A model generated the notes under the pieces. It saw only the letters and a list, made by a program, of their open reading frames with translations, did no database searches and was not told the DNA's origin. A program made the position numbers and the translations under genes. From Rebecca billardiae RCC1528 (lineage: Eukaryota > Protista > Haptophyta), in NCBI GenBank assembly GCA_965240325.2, contig OZ251233.1:744001-808000 (forward strand): 64,000 nt of DNA, written 5' to 3'. The stretch's first letter is position 1. The number at the start of each line of letters is the position of its first letter. Of this stretch, positions 34,928-46,806 are shown one piece after another.

Positions 34928-36715
34928 CGCTGATCGAGTCGCGCTTGCTGTCATTGTCGTTCCGATTTCCGAGCCCATCAGCCCGCGATGAGAAGTTGGG
35001 CGCAGCGACCTCGCTCTTATGGGTGGGATTACAAAACGGTTACCCGCATTGACGACCCCCACTGCTTCCTCCTATGAGAGTGAAGTGGTGGTACCCACTG
35101 GGGACACGGCACCCAGGGTCGGAGAAAATCGGCGCGCTTTTTATTTCCGCCTTGCATTTATTCAGCCGCGCGCTGCGCGGCGGACGCGCGCGTCTCGGGC
35201 GAGCGGGCGACGGCGCCGCGCTCCCGTGCGTGTGGACGATCCCGCGAGCGCAGAGCCGGCGAGCTAGGCTGGGCAGTCGTGCTGAAGTGCCATTCGCCGC
35301 TTCGCGCCGCGCATCGCATTCGGCTGTACTTGCCTCGGGCCAGCACTTGTCTGTGCACACCGCCACACGGCCAGCCCGTCGCCCGCGTGCGCCATGCGAG
35401 GCGAGACACACACGGAGCATGCGCTTCCGCGCGGCGAGGCCTACGCTGTACGCACTGCGCTACCTTGCGCCGCCGCGCATGAGCGCGGGTCCGAACAGCT
35501 GCGTTCAGGTGTGCTGATTGCATCATTCATACGAGCCGATTGGTCGAACAAGCGCTCTGGCCCGACGATGACGTTGCAGCGCACGCCATGCTGATATGCG
35601 GTGACGCGGAGCATGTGCGCTCGCGCGGAGTGGCCACACGCGCGACCGCTGTCCAGCTCTGCCCCGGCATTGAACTCTCTGACTCGTGCTCCGACGTCAA
35701 TCTTGGCCCGAGCTAGTACGTGCATGTATGCGTGCTGATGCAGAATATACCTGAACGAGGCCCATGATGGCCTGCGTGTATGTGCCTCCTCGGATGACAC
35801 GGCGCGTGTATGAATGTGTGTATACTACCTTGTCAAGCAGTAGCTCACGTCTGGACGTTCGTGTCGAACTTGACGGTGCGCATCGTGCACACACGGTCAG
35901 CCTTGATGGTGATAGACGCACCCGTGCAGCCGGAAGGCAGCATCAGCCTGCCTAAGACGTGAGCATCCAGCCCCGACGCCGCTTCCGGTGCCTGAATGGC
36001 GCGCGCTCCTTTCACGCGGGAATGTGCTCACTACATCACTATCCAGAAGGGCGCATGTCCGTGCTTTGCATGCTCACATGACCCTCGCCGTAGGTCGATG
36101 CCAACCGCTGCGTGATGCTCGATCATGCCTTTTGACGGCTGTGTGACCCGTGCAGATGCGTATGCCAGGCAGCGTACTGTGACGAGCGATGACGCGTGCA
36201 TAAACTACCTGGACATTGCCCAGTGCAACCAAGTGCCGGACGCCGACGCCGCTGCTCGCGGCACGCGTGCAGTCAGCCGAGGAATGCACACAACTTCCTT
36301 GTTGGTGCGGCGCACGCGATGGCCTGAGGCGCGGCGGATGCAGTGATTCCGAACGGCGAGCGGTGGAACGACGCAAATGGCTGCTGTTCAGCCGCGCTCA
36401 ACCACGCGCACCGCCTTCGCGGGCACGCAACTACCGCAGGAGGGCGCGCAGTCGGCGCCCATCTCGCCCCTCCAGCGCCGCCCAGCGCGCTGTCAGCGCA
36501 GCCGCCAGCGGCAGAGGTTGGTGTTGCTCTCACGGCAACACCAACATATTCGGAAAAGAAATTCGCCACCCGAAATTCCTGCGCCCAGTGGCAGCTGCCG
36601 CAGCCTCCACCCTTGCGGCAGACGACGAGCGCAAGCTCGTTGCTGATCAGCTGGCAGGGGGCGGCGTGTCGGGCGGCAGTGCCCGCGGCGGTAGCCGCAG
36701 GAGCGGCGCGGCGGC

Positions 36716-38793
36716 ATGGCGACAGAGCTCGGCGCCAATGCGACCGACACCTCCCCGCCGATGAGCGCGACCTCCGCGCCCGCCAGCCCGTGGGCCGAGG
36801 TGATGCATGAAGGCCCGTCGATCTCGCTCGTCGCCGGTGTCGTGCTCGCAATCACGGGCAACCTGGTGATCAGCATCGGGCTGAACACGCAGAAGTGGGT
36901 GCACAACCAGAATGATGCGCGCCCCGAGAGCCAGCGCCGCCCCTTCGCCAAGAATCCCATCTGGTGGGTCGGCCTCATCATGACGGTGGTCGGTGAGGTG
37001 GGCAACTTTGTCGCGTTCGGCTTCGCGGGCGCGGACATTGTGACGCCGCTCGGCGCGGTCGGCGTGGTGGCCAACGCGGTGATCGCGTGCATGTTCTTGG
37101 GCGAGCTCTTCCGCATCCGCGACGCGCTCGGCGTGCTGCTCACCGTCGTCGGCTCCGTGCTGATCGTGATCAAGGCGCCCGTGAACGACGACGAGATGGA
37201 CGTGCAGCGCTTCCTGCACTACGCGAGCAACGACGTGTTCGTCGCGTACATCAGCGTGGTGCTCGTTCTGATCGTCGTGCTGTGGCGCAACCTCTCGCGC
37301 CTGCAGGGCCGCCACCCGGCGTACGGCCTCCTCCTCTGCTCCCTCATGGGCACGATCACCGTGCTGTGCGCCACCGCCATCTCTCACTTCATCGTCTCGG
37401 GCGATCTGGGCGCGCACCTCACGTCGGCCATCCCGTACGTGCTCGTGCTCATCCTCGTGCCCAGCGCGATCGGGCAGGTGACCTTCCTCAACCAGACGAT
37501 GGAGCTCTTCGACAACACGCAGGTGTGCCCCCAGACACGCTCGCGAGCACGCGCGCGCGCACGCGCATGCCTGCGCGGCTACGCGAGCGCGCGTGGAGCC
37601 GACGAGCGCGCGCGCGGCCTGCACGCGCACGTGCCGCGGCAGGTGGTGCCCATCTACTACATTCTGTTCACGCTGTCGACGATCACGGGCTCGGCGATGC
37701 TCTACCAGGTGCGCGCGCATGCCCACGCCCACGCGCACGCTTCGCGCGTGCCCTCCCCAGGCGCAGCGCGGCGCGTGAAGCTGGCCCGTGCACCGGCTCT
37801 CGCCTCACTCGCCCCTCGCCCCCTGCTCCCTGGCGCCCGCCGCCCGGGCAGGACTTTTACGACGAGCCCGCGGACGCGATCGTCATGTTCGTGGTGGGTT
37901 GTCTGATGTGCTTCCTCGGCGTCGTGCTGCTCACGAGCGGGCGCATCCGCGCGGGCGTGGACTCGCCCACGCCGAGCGCGAGCTTCCACGTGCCGAGCTC
38001 GGAGCAGCGCGCACAGGCGGGCGCCGAGGCGGCCAACGGCGGAGGCGACGTGCCGCCCCTGCCGAGCGTGAGCGAGGCCGCGCACGGCGCGGAGGCGCAC
38101 GGCAGGAGGCCGATCATCTCGCGCGTCCGCGATGCCCTCGGCGGCCTCGACGGCCCGATGCCTCTGCCCCACGGCGCGCACGACGCGCCGCGCGCGCGGG
38201 CGCGCGCGCACCACTCGTCTCCGCGTGGCGCCACCCTCCGCAGGAACCGGGGAAGCGGAGGGATGATCACCACGCTGCACCCGATCGGCGAGTCGTACAC
38301 GCAGCTGGCCGCGCTCGAGGCCCCCGAGCCCTCGCCCCTCGAGCCTGCCGCCGCGTCCGTGGACGTCGAGCAGCAGGGCGGCTCGTCTGAGGGGACGGAG
38401 GAGGGCAGCGATGGCTGCTCGCCAGCAGGCGACCGCGCCGCCGTCCCGCGGCTAGCGGACGGCACCGGTGGGGGCGAGATGCTGTGTGACGCCGCATCCG
38501 ACGGCACGGGGAGCCCCGAGTGCCCGCCGAGCGGCACGCGTGGCAGCATGTCGAGCGTGTCGCCCGAGGCGCACCTCGAAACAACGCTCGGGTCCGCGCG
38601 GCCGGCTGATGCGGCATCATCGCCCCAGCCCGGCCTGCCCCGTGCCGAGGCCTCGCCGCCGCTCAGCCCGGCACACGTCGCGCTCGACGACCGCAGTGCG
38701 GGGCAAGGGGGTGGCGCCGGTACGCCGGCGAGCAACGGCTGGCACGACGGTGGCAGGCGACCGAACCCCGGCGGTGCGGACGAGGGCACGTGA
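36716..38793 (+). CDS. NIPA-family magnesium transporter (DMT superfamily), 3 exons
   Basis: GNLVISIGLNTQK, WWVGLIMTVVGEVGNFVAFGFA..IVTPLGAVGVVANAVIA..FLGE, QV.FLNQ...FD, VVPIYYILFT. Introns 37523-37642 and 37709-37851. Long disordered C-tail. Confidence 0.92.
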
Positions 38794-39317
38794 CCTCGCA
38801 GATACGGCCGCGGGATTTGTGCCGCGGGATGGTATCTCGTCTGTCTCTGATGACTGGTCGTCCGCCGATTACCAATCGTCCTATGACGCGAGACGACACT
38901 GACCACTGCTGCGGCACAATAACGTTATTTATAATAATATATATTATTATAAATATATATATATATATTTATGCCGCGCTGGTGCGCTGCGCGCTGTCTC
39001 GCTACTCTCGCTCCGACGCCGGACGGTATTTGCGAAGTGCGCGACGATACTCTATTACTCAGCTCAATCGGATGACCGCCGCCGCTGAAAAAATTATTAT
39101 TTAACTAATAATGTTGACTACGATCCCGGGGACCGGGCCCCGCGGTCCGCGGCTGTCTACTCAGTCTATACTACTGATGACGACGATCGGGTCGCCGCGC
39201 GCGGTGCCGCCATCATCATGATGATCCGCATCACGGTCACGATGCTGACGGGCGACGGCTGACGAGTGACGGGCGGAGTCAGGAGCGTGTCCGTGAGTGA
39301 ACGACAAGTTCCCGTCG

Positions 39318-40085
39318 TCAGCTGCTGCACGGACCGTACTTGCCAGTGCAGAACTTTGTGTGCCACGATGGCATGATGTTCGTCGTCCACACGCGCTCTG
39401 ATCTCGGCACGACGAGGCCCGTCGACCACTGCACGAGCTCCGGCGGCTCGCCAGGCCAGACGCTCTCCCCGACAGCCCACGGCCAGTCCTTGCGTGGCGC
39501 GCGCCTCATCTCCGCCGGGAAGGAGGGGCCGTGTGCGATTGGGTGTGTGAGATTTGGCTCGTGCTTGAGCCAACACTCGTGGCGTGAGTGGTTGTGCGGG
39601 GTGTACGAGAAGCAGCGCTCGTCGGGACAGTACACGAAGGCGTTGCACAGCTTGCCACCCGGCTTGCCGCACTTAGCCTTGTACGTGCGCGCAAGCGACG
39701 CCGTCCAAAATGTTTTACCCTGAGAATCCGGGGCTGAGCAGGTGCGACGGTGGGCTGCGCACGCCTGGCAGCACTCGACCTCGTCGGCAACGTGGAAGCT
39801 GAGTCCCCATACGAATGCCGCGTCGCCAGACAGGTCGAAATGACGCCGGCCATGGCACGAGAGGTCGTCCCCAAGCTGCGCCTTGGCATCCAGCTCCTCC
39901 TCGAATGAGGGAGGTGGGCGCGCGGCCGCGACGGGGTCGGCAGTGCTCGCGGCGCGGCCGACCGTCGCGGCCACGACCACTTGCGAGCTGCCTGCTGATG
40001 CTCGCAGCCACGTCGCCACGAACAGCAGCGAGAAGGCGAGAATCGACGTCACGATCACGATTAGCGTGTCGCGTCGAGGTGCCAT
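39318..40085 (-). CDS. Type II membrane/secreted Cys-rich protein with PAN/Apple-like domain
   Basis: N-terminal TM helix. WGL.FHV...ECCQAC...CNAFVYC....C.....ECWLK pattern resembles PAN_4/Apple-like domains seen in algal proteins. Confidence 0.7.
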   Translation of the reverse strand: MAPRRDTLIVIVTSILAFSLLFVATWLRASAGSSQVVVAATVGRAASTADPVAAARPPPSFEEELDAKAQLGDDLSCHGRRHFDLSGDAAFVWGLSFHVADEVECCQACAAHRRTCSAPDSQGKTFWTASLARTYKAKCGKPGGKLCNAFVYCPDERCFSYTPHNHSRHECWLKHEPNLTHPIAHGPSFPAEMRRAPRKDWPWAVGESVWPGEPPELVQWSTGLVVPRSERVWTTNIMPSWHTKFCTGKYGPCSS

Positions 40086-40453
40086 CGTGATCGTGCTGGC
40101 AGCAAATCTCGCGCCGGTCGACGCCTGCGCGGCTGCCCAGAGCTCACGGAATTATTTTTCTGAATTTTGGCCCTCCAGTTTTGCGCAGGCGCGACGACTT
40201 CCGAGCTTGACTTCCAGCCCGCTACTACGTTAACGTAGCTACTATACGCACATTTGACAGCACTGTGAATCTCCGACCTCGCCTGCCTGAGCTGTGTTAT
40301 ATCGTGCGTCTCTGTTATTATGAGTGAAAACATTGATGATGACCGACAACCAACGGTCGTCGGCGCATACTACATACGACACTCGCCCGACTCATCACTA
40401 CTCATCAGCGTTATACTTATAATACCGAGTCGTCTGTCGTGCCCGTGCGTCAA

Positions 40454-43400
40454 TCAGTCACTAGTCAGGCTCGTGGCTGCCGTGTCCTCGCGGTGGCTGC
40501 TGCTGCTGCTCGTCACGGGCGTCCCACTGCCGGATGTGTGCGACGCCGTGGGCACCGTGGTCGCCGCAGACGACGAGGACGATGCGGTGCGCTGCTTGTC
40601 CACGTGCACGCAGAAGTACTCGTGGCGGTTATTGTGCGTTGAGGTGCGCCGCCGCGCGCGCTCGTGCAGGAGCGCGTGTGCGCGCGCGACCTCCTCTTCG
40701 GCGACGCGCACCCACGCGGCCGACACTGGCTTGTAGGTGTTTGGGTCGGGGCAGAACGGCGCGACCAGCGCGCGCTGGCGCGCGGCGAGCACGGATGTGC
40801 ACTGCGTGAAGAGCTTGGCCCAGCCGTCTTCATCCGCTACGCCCCAGATGCCGCGCCGCTGGCCCTCGCCGGCGTCGAGCAGCGCCGCGCGCGCCTCGAG
40901 CAGCGGCATGAGAGCGCACGCCATGTAGTCGATGCGCGTGGCGGTGCGCGCGCGCTCGAGCAGCTCGGCGGACGGCGGCACTTGCGCCTCGAGTGTCGAC
41001 GGCCGGGAGCGGAATTCGAAGCACAGCTGCTCGAATCTCTCGGCGGCCGCCAGCTCGGCCGCCGAAGCGCCTCGCGCCTCAGCGCACACCGCAACGCGCC
41101 GCGCCTGCTCGCGCGCGGCAGACACGCGACGCGCGCAGTCGATCCCGCGCCAGCGCGCGAGCCAGTGGAAGACGTACTCGTGCCCGGTGTGCTGCACAAA
41201 GCCGCCACCGATGCGCCACACCTCGCCCAGGCTCGCCCCCCCCTCAGCCGCCGCGTCCTCGTCGACAAGCGTGAGGTGGCCAAGGTCGAGCGAGTCCGCC
41301 TCCGCCTCGAACAGCTCAGCGAGCGCCTCCACAGGCAGGGGGCGCAGCTGCTGCAGCGCGCATTGCGCGGCCGCAGACACGAGCGAGTCCTGGGCGTTCT
41401 CGAGGTACCACTCCATGCTCGCGAGCGCCTTCGCCCTCGCAGTGGCCACCTCCGTGGCCGCCAGCTGCATCGTGCGCAGCGCAAACTCGGCACGCACTCT
41501 CCTTTCGTCGTCTGCGCTCACCATCTCCACAATCGCCCGCGGCGCGAGCGATCCGCAGCCGTTGCGGTAGGCGCGGGACAGGAGGCGCCGCTCCTCGAGC
41601 GTGTGCTGGATGGCGAAAAAGGCGCTCCGCGCCTCGGTGGCCTCCTCGACGCGCCCCAGGATGTCCAGGTAGGTAGCCGCGCGCATCTGCGCCTCGCCGC
41701 TGAGCTGGATGAGCCCTGGCAGGCGCGGGAGGCGCGCGGGGAGTGGCGGCGCGGGCCGCCGCCACGCGCCACTGTCCGCCAGGTTGAGCGCGATGCGGCC
41801 CCACGCCTGGGTGTGCCGCCCGATCGCGGACGGCGGGCGCTTGTCGGCGCTCCGCGCGAGCACCTCGCGCCGACCAGCCACCGTCGACGGGCGCATCAGG
41901 ACGCGCACGCGCTGCACAGGCCAGGCCACTGGCGGCGTCACAGGCGGAGGCCCCATGGGCGGCGACGGGCGCGGCGGCGACGGCGGCGGCGTGGGCATGG
42001 CGGACAGGCTCATGGCCAGCTCGGCGCGCAGCTGCGCCTCAATCGCCTTGATCTTCGCCTCGGACTCGCGTCGCAGCGTCTCCTCAAGCTCCGCGAGCCG
42101 TCGGCTCAGCAGATCGGCTGCGGCAGCGTCAAGCGCATCGTCACGCGACGCTGCCGAGCGCGCGTGTGCGCCACCGCCGCCGCCACGCGCCGCCGCCGCC
42201 GCTGGCTGTGCGCGCTGCTTGTCGGGCTTGCCGCCAGCGCTGGAGCCGTCGGCCTTGCTCGGTTTGGAGGAGGACGCACCAGCCATCCCGCCGCCGCCGC
42301 CGCCGCCGCCGCCCTTGCCGGCCGTGCCACGGCCGCCTCCGCTGCTGGCGGCACCACCACCCTTGCGATCGGGCGGCGGCTCGCGCCCGGCGCCCAGCAC
42401 GCTCGACGCGGCGCGGTTGACGGCCGCCGCCTGCGCATCGAGCGTTGTCAGGACGAGCGTCGTCTTGGGGTCCGTCTCGGCCGCCTCGCGCTCGCGGAGC
42501 TTGGCCTTGAGCTCGGCCAGGATCGCCTCGAGCGCCTTCACGTTGCCGGCAGGCGCGTGCTCCACGGCCAGCTCCAACGCGAGCTTGGCGCGCACAGCGT
42601 ACCAGCACGCGAGCTCGCGGACAACAGCGTCGGCGCGACGGTTGTCGAGCGCGCGCGCGGGCGAGAGCACGAGCCGCGTGACGCGGCCACCGCCGGTGAG
42701 CTCGGCCACCTTCTTCGCGGCCGCGTTGCCCATTTCGGCGGCCCTGTTGGCCGCCGCCTTTGCCGCTCCGCTCGCCGCTCGCGCCGCCGCCCCTCCGGCC
42801 GCACTCACGCTCTTCTTGATGCTGTCCATCTTGCCCTGCGCCGCCGCCTTGGCACCCGCCACCGCCTTGGGCGCAGACGCACCGGCCAGCTTCTCCTGGG
42901 CGGCGGCGGAGGCGTCGCCATCCGCGCCGCCGCCCGCGAGCGCGGCGAGGGTGCGCTCGACAAACGACATGGCGGCGGCCGTCCGACTCAGGCCGGCAAA
43001 GGCGGCTCGCACCGCGTCGCCGCTCGCCAGCCGCGGCGGCAGAGCCGTCACTGGCATGGCGGCGATCGATTCGATCGCGCGCATGGCGGCGCTGATCGAG
43101 GCGGCGCCACTGCTGCTCGACGAGGCATCCCACATGGCCGGCAGCTCGTCGAGCGAGCAGTTCAGCCGCAACACTACGCCAAACGCGTCCACCCAATTCT
43201 GGTTTGGGTTGGGCAAGAGCGACACCGTGCCGTCCAGCCTCTCCTCGAGAGCCTCCAGACGGTCCCGGACGCCCATCACCCACCCCAGCCACGCGGACAC
43301 GAGCTCGTGCGCCGCGACGACGGAGCCGTGCACAGACTGCGGCTCCGTCCAGAAGGCACGGCGGGCAGCCGGCGCGGCGCTGATGTCCGCCTCTGCCGTC

Positions 43401-45382
43401 CACTCCGACGGCGGCGGGATGGTCGGGTCCTCCGCGAGGCGTCGTAGGCCCAACAGCAGCGTCTGCAGCACGACCGCAGCCTCCGCGTCGGCGCCGGCCG
43501 CGTGCGCGGCGCCGGCCGCGCGGCGGAGCAGCGCCTCCATGTCGGCGGCGGCGCGCTTGCCCTCGGGTGCGGCGCGCATGGGCGGAAGCGCCTGCAGCGA
43601 GCGGAGCATCTCTGGGTCCAGCGCAGCATCGGCCGCGGCGCCGACTGCTGCCCCCGCACTCGCCTTGGCTGCGAGCGCCTCGGCGGCGCGCAGCTGCGCG
43701 CTCTCAAAAGCCGACCACACGGCGTCGAGGGTGGCGCGCATGCCCGCCAGCATGGTCTGCGCCGTCTTGAGCGCCGCGCACATGGGCTCGACACGCTCGA
43801 CGCGCACCTCGCGCAGCTCTGCAACGAGCCTGGGCACTCGCTGCGCGGCCAGCTGCCGGGACAGCCCGGTCTCGTCCAGCCCTTTGGCCTTGCCTGAGCT
43901 GACAAAGGCCTCGGCCTCGTCGTCAACGGAGCGCATCAGATCCGCGAGGCCGCGCTCGAGCCGCTCCTCCAGCGCGGCGCGGAGCTCGCGCCCGCGAGAG
44001 CTCGCGCTGAGGAGCGCGGTCGCGCTCAGCGTGTCGATCGTCTCGACCAGCCACACCTCGATCTGGTCGACATCGTCGAGGGTTGCCGGCAGGCAGATGC
44101 GCTGCGCGAGCCCGAGCATCAGCATGGTCGGCGCCTCGCACGGGTCGGCTTCGCCGCCCTCGTCGAGGCGCATGAGGTCGGCAATGCCGAGCACGCGCGC
44201 ACCGCCGGGCGCCGCCGGGTCGACCGGCCCACCGAGCGCGAGCGTCCTCGCGAGCTCGACCGGCAGCCCGACGATGCCGAGCCGCCTGTTGAGCAGGAGC
44301 TCGCCGACCGCCTGCACGTACGCGGCGGCCGGCTCCCACCGGCGCAGACGCGAGGTGAGGGCCTCGAGGGTGGCGGCGCGCGTCTTGCTCGAGGCGCGCG
44401 CGTCATGCGGCACGCCCACGCTGTCGTTGAGCAGCGCCGCCTGCAGGTTGTACAGCGCGCTCAGCGCGGGCGCGATCGGCGGCTGTGCCGACTTGACCTC
44501 GACCGCGAGCGAGCACGTGACTGCGGAGGTGAGCTGCGCGGCGAGTGCGAGCGGCTGGTACAGATTGCGCGCGGTGTGCGTGTTCCAGCTCGAGATGAGC
44601 TGGGTGCCCAGCTTGCGCAGCCCAGTCGCCAGGTTGGGGTTGAGCTGCCCTGTGAAGAGCGTGAGCGCAACGCCGAGGGCAATCTGCCCGGCCGACTCGG
44701 CGTACTTGGCCGTCGCCTGCGGGTCGGGCAGACTGCTGAGGCCGACCTCGATCTGGCACTGGAGCAGGTGGAGGTGCGCGGCCGGGAGGTGCCCCTCCTC
44801 GTTCTTCGACGCGAGCCGACGCTCCTCGCTGAGCTTCTTGACCCACGTGCCCGCGGCGTCCTTCCGCAGCCGCTCGTACGCGCGACGCGCGTCCGCGTCG
44901 TGCCCGATGGCCGGCGCGCCGAGGTGAACGACGGGCAGGAGGCGCGCCGTGCTCGTGTACGCCAGCAGCTTGAGCGTCGGGCCGTCAGTCGTCGAGTGCC
45001 AACGCTTGGTGCGCTTGTCCTCGATGAGCGCACCAATGAACTCATGCATGAGCTCGAGCCCGCTTGCCGAGCCTGGCGCGCCGTTCGCCGTGAGCAAGGC
45101 GAGGGAATCGGCGCACGCAAGCTGGAGCGCAAACGAGCGGACGAGCCCGCCGGCCGCGCCGCCGCTGTCGCCCTCCGCCAGGCCCATCAGGTCGAGCGCG
45201 CCGCGCCGCGCGTTCGCCGCTGGTGTCATGCTGTGTGCCTCGGCGAGCTCGGCGAGCTCGCGCTCGACGAGCGCACGCACGCCCGCTTCGCTGATCGGCG
45301 GCGCCTTGGGTGCGCCGCCACCGCGCCCCTGGTCCACCGGCGGCGGCCCTTCCTTCGCCTTCGACTTTCCGAACATGCCCAT
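40454..45382 (-). CDS. Large (1642 aa) alpha-helical protein of unknown function
   Basis: Uninterrupted ORF with protein-like composition, coiled coils and a Pro-rich linker. It lies divergent from the HI0933 gene. No family recognised. Confidence 0.7.
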   Translation of the reverse strand: MGMFGKSKAKEGPPPVDQGRGGGAPKAPPISEAGVRALVERELAELAEAHSMTPAANARRGALDLMGLAEGDSGGAAGGLVRSFALQLACADSLALLTANGAPGSASGLELMHEFIGALIEDKRTKRWHSTTDGPTLKLLAYTSTARLLPVVHLGAPAIGHDADARRAYERLRKDAAGTWVKKLSEERRLASKNEEGHLPAAHLHLLQCQIEVGLSSLPDPQATAKYAESAGQIALGVALTLFTGQLNPNLATGLRKLGTQLISSWNTHTARNLYQPLALAAQLTSAVTCSLAVEVKSAQPPIAPALSALYNLQAALLNDSVGVPHDARASSKTRAATLEALTSRLRRWEPAAAYVQAVGELLLNRRLGIVGLPVELARTLALGGPVDPAAPGGARVLGIADLMRLDEGGEADPCEAPTMLMLGLAQRICLPATLDDVDQIEVWLVETIDTLSATALLSASSRGRELRAALEERLERGLADLMRSVDDEAEAFVSSGKAKGLDETGLSRQLAAQRVPRLVAELREVRVERVEPMCAALKTAQTMLAGMRATLDAVWSAFESAQLRAAEALAAKASAGAAVGAAADAALDPEMLRSLQALPPMRAAPEGKRAAADMEALLRRAAGAAHAAGADAEAAVVLQTLLLGLRRLAEDPTIPPPSEWTAEADISAAPAARRAFWTEPQSVHGSVVAAHELVSAWLGWVMGVRDRLEALEERLDGTVSLLPNPNQNWVDAFGVVLRLNCSLDELPAMWDASSSSSGAASISAAMRAIESIAAMPVTALPPRLASGDAVRAAFAGLSRTAAAMSFVERTLAALAGGGADGDASAAAQEKLAGASAPKAVAGAKAAAQGKMDSIKKSVSAAGGAAARAASGAAKAAANRAAEMGNAAAKKVAELTGGGRVTRLVLSPARALDNRRADAVVRELACWYAVRAKLALELAVEHAPAGNVKALEAILAELKAKLREREAAETDPKTTLVLTTLDAQAAAVNRAASSVLGAGREPPPDRKGGGAASSGGGRGTAGKGGGGGGGGGMAGASSSKPSKADGSSAGGKPDKQRAQPAAAAARGGGGGAHARSAASRDDALDAAAADLLSRRLAELEETLRRESEAKIKAIEAQLRAELAMSLSAMPTPPPSPPRPSPPMGPPPVTPPVAWPVQRVRVLMRPSTVAGRREVLARSADKRPPSAIGRHTQAWGRIALNLADSGAWRRPAPPLPARLPRLPGLIQLSGEAQMRAATYLDILGRVEEATEARSAFFAIQHTLEERRLLSRAYRNGCGSLAPRAIVEMVSADDERRVRAEFALRTMQLAATEVATARAKALASMEWYLENAQDSLVSAAAQCALQQLRPLPVEALAELFEAEADSLDLGHLTLVDEDAAAEGGASLGEVWRIGGGFVQHTGHEYVFHWLARWRGIDCARRVSAAREQARRVAVCAEARGASAAELAAAERFEQLCFEFRSRPSTLEAQVPPSAELLERARTATRIDYMACALMPLLEARAALLDAGEGQRRGIWGVADEDGWAKLFTQCTSVLAARQRALVAPFCPDPNTYKPVSAAWVRVAEEEVARAHALLHERARRRTSTHNNRHEYFCVHVDKQRTASSSSSAATTVPTASHTSGSGTPVTSSSSSHREDTAATSLTSD

Positions 45383-45568
45383 TGGCTGGACGTGATGATG
45401 CCAACGTCAAGCCGGCCACCGGCCACCGACCGCGTTGAGGGAATCTGACCGACTGGCCGAGAAAGTTGATGGATTCGCGGGTCCCGACAACGACGCGCGG
45501 GTTGACGAAAGAGTGGAGACCAACCGTCAACCAACCACCCGGACCGGCTTGCAGGAGTACTGTGCGGC

Positions 45569-45748
45569 AACGCGCCCCTCACCTGCCTGCGCCGGTCTGT
45601 TTTGTGGCGGTGTCTCATAACGCGCCCCTCACCTGCCTGCGCCGGTCTGTTTTGTGGCGGTGTCTTTGTGCAGTGTTGGATGGCGTCAATCACGCCTTAA
45701 CCAAGTGTGCACGTTAAAACATAGTAAACTGTACAGTACAGTACAGTA
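45569..45748. mobile_element. Non-autonomous TE terminus (TA-CAGT end, 50-bp subterminal tandem repeat), copy A
   Basis: 45639-45733 is the exact reverse complement of 50465-50559. A 50-bp tandem duplication starts at 45569 and 45619. The copy ends ...AAACTG-TA followed by (CAGTA)3. Confidence 0.6.
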
Positions 45749-45772
45749 CGGCCGGACGCGAAGTGGGCAACA

Positions 45773-46768
45773 ATGGCGACCCTTCACGTGGACACGGCGA
45801 GCAGGAGGGTCGGTCGCCTCGCCCTGGTCGGCGCGGCCATCCTGTGCCGAGCCTTCGCGGCCAGTCGCACGGTTCGGCCGCGCGCCAGCGGACCGCTCGC
45901 GCGCGCGTACGACGTCGTCGTCGTCGGTGGCGGTGCGTCTGGTGTCTTCGCGGCGACAAACGCCGCGCGCGAGGGCGCGCGCGTCCTCTGCGTCGAGAGC
46001 GGCGCGAAGCCGCTTCGGAAGGTGCGCATCTCGGGCGGCGGGCGGTGCAACGTGATGCACGACCCGCGCACGTGGGAGCGCTCCGCCGCGCGCGATCTCC
46101 TCGCCGAGCGCTACCCGCGCGGCGCGCGAGAGCTGATCGGGGGCATGTCCTCGGCCTTCTCGCCCGAGCGCACGGCGGAGTGGTTCCGCGACGAGGGCGT
46201 CGAGCTCAAGTGCGAGGCCGACGGGCGTGTATTCCCGGTCACGGACGACAGCGCCACGATCATCAGCGCGCTGCTCGGCGCCGCGAGAAGCGCCGGCGTG
46301 GAGCTGCTGACCGAGACAAAGGTGGTGCGCGTCGGCGCGGCGCACGCGCACGGCGCGGCTCGCGCCGGTGTGAGCCGGCCGGGTGGCGAGGATGGCGCTG
46401 ACGGCGTGCGCGGCGGCGACGCCGAGGCACGCGCCGGCGCGGCCGCGCGCGATGCGCCCGCCACCCACGGCCCTTTCGAGCTCACGATCACGCCGCGCGG
46501 CGCCGATGGCGCGGAGGAGACGGTGGAGTGCGCCGCCCTCATCCTCGCCACCGGCAGCGTCTCGCATGCACTCGCGACGCCTCTCGGGCACGAGCCGAGC
46601 CCGCTGCTGCCGTCGCTGTTCGCGCTGCGGCTGCAGGGCTCGTGGCTCGGCCCGGAGCTCGCGGGCGTCTCCGTCCCCGATGCGGAGCTCTCGCTGGACG
46701 CCCCGAGCGCGCCCGGGGCGGACGGCGGCGGCGGCAGCGGCGGCACGGGAGGCGCGAAATCGGGCGGC

Positions 46769-46806
<38 letters not shown>

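Noticed and set aside
35074-36700. Possible small gene(s) between the sulfotransferase and NIPA genes
   Set aside because: Several short ORFs and splice-like sites occur on both strands, but I could build no coherent model or motif. It may be decayed sequence and is unresolved.
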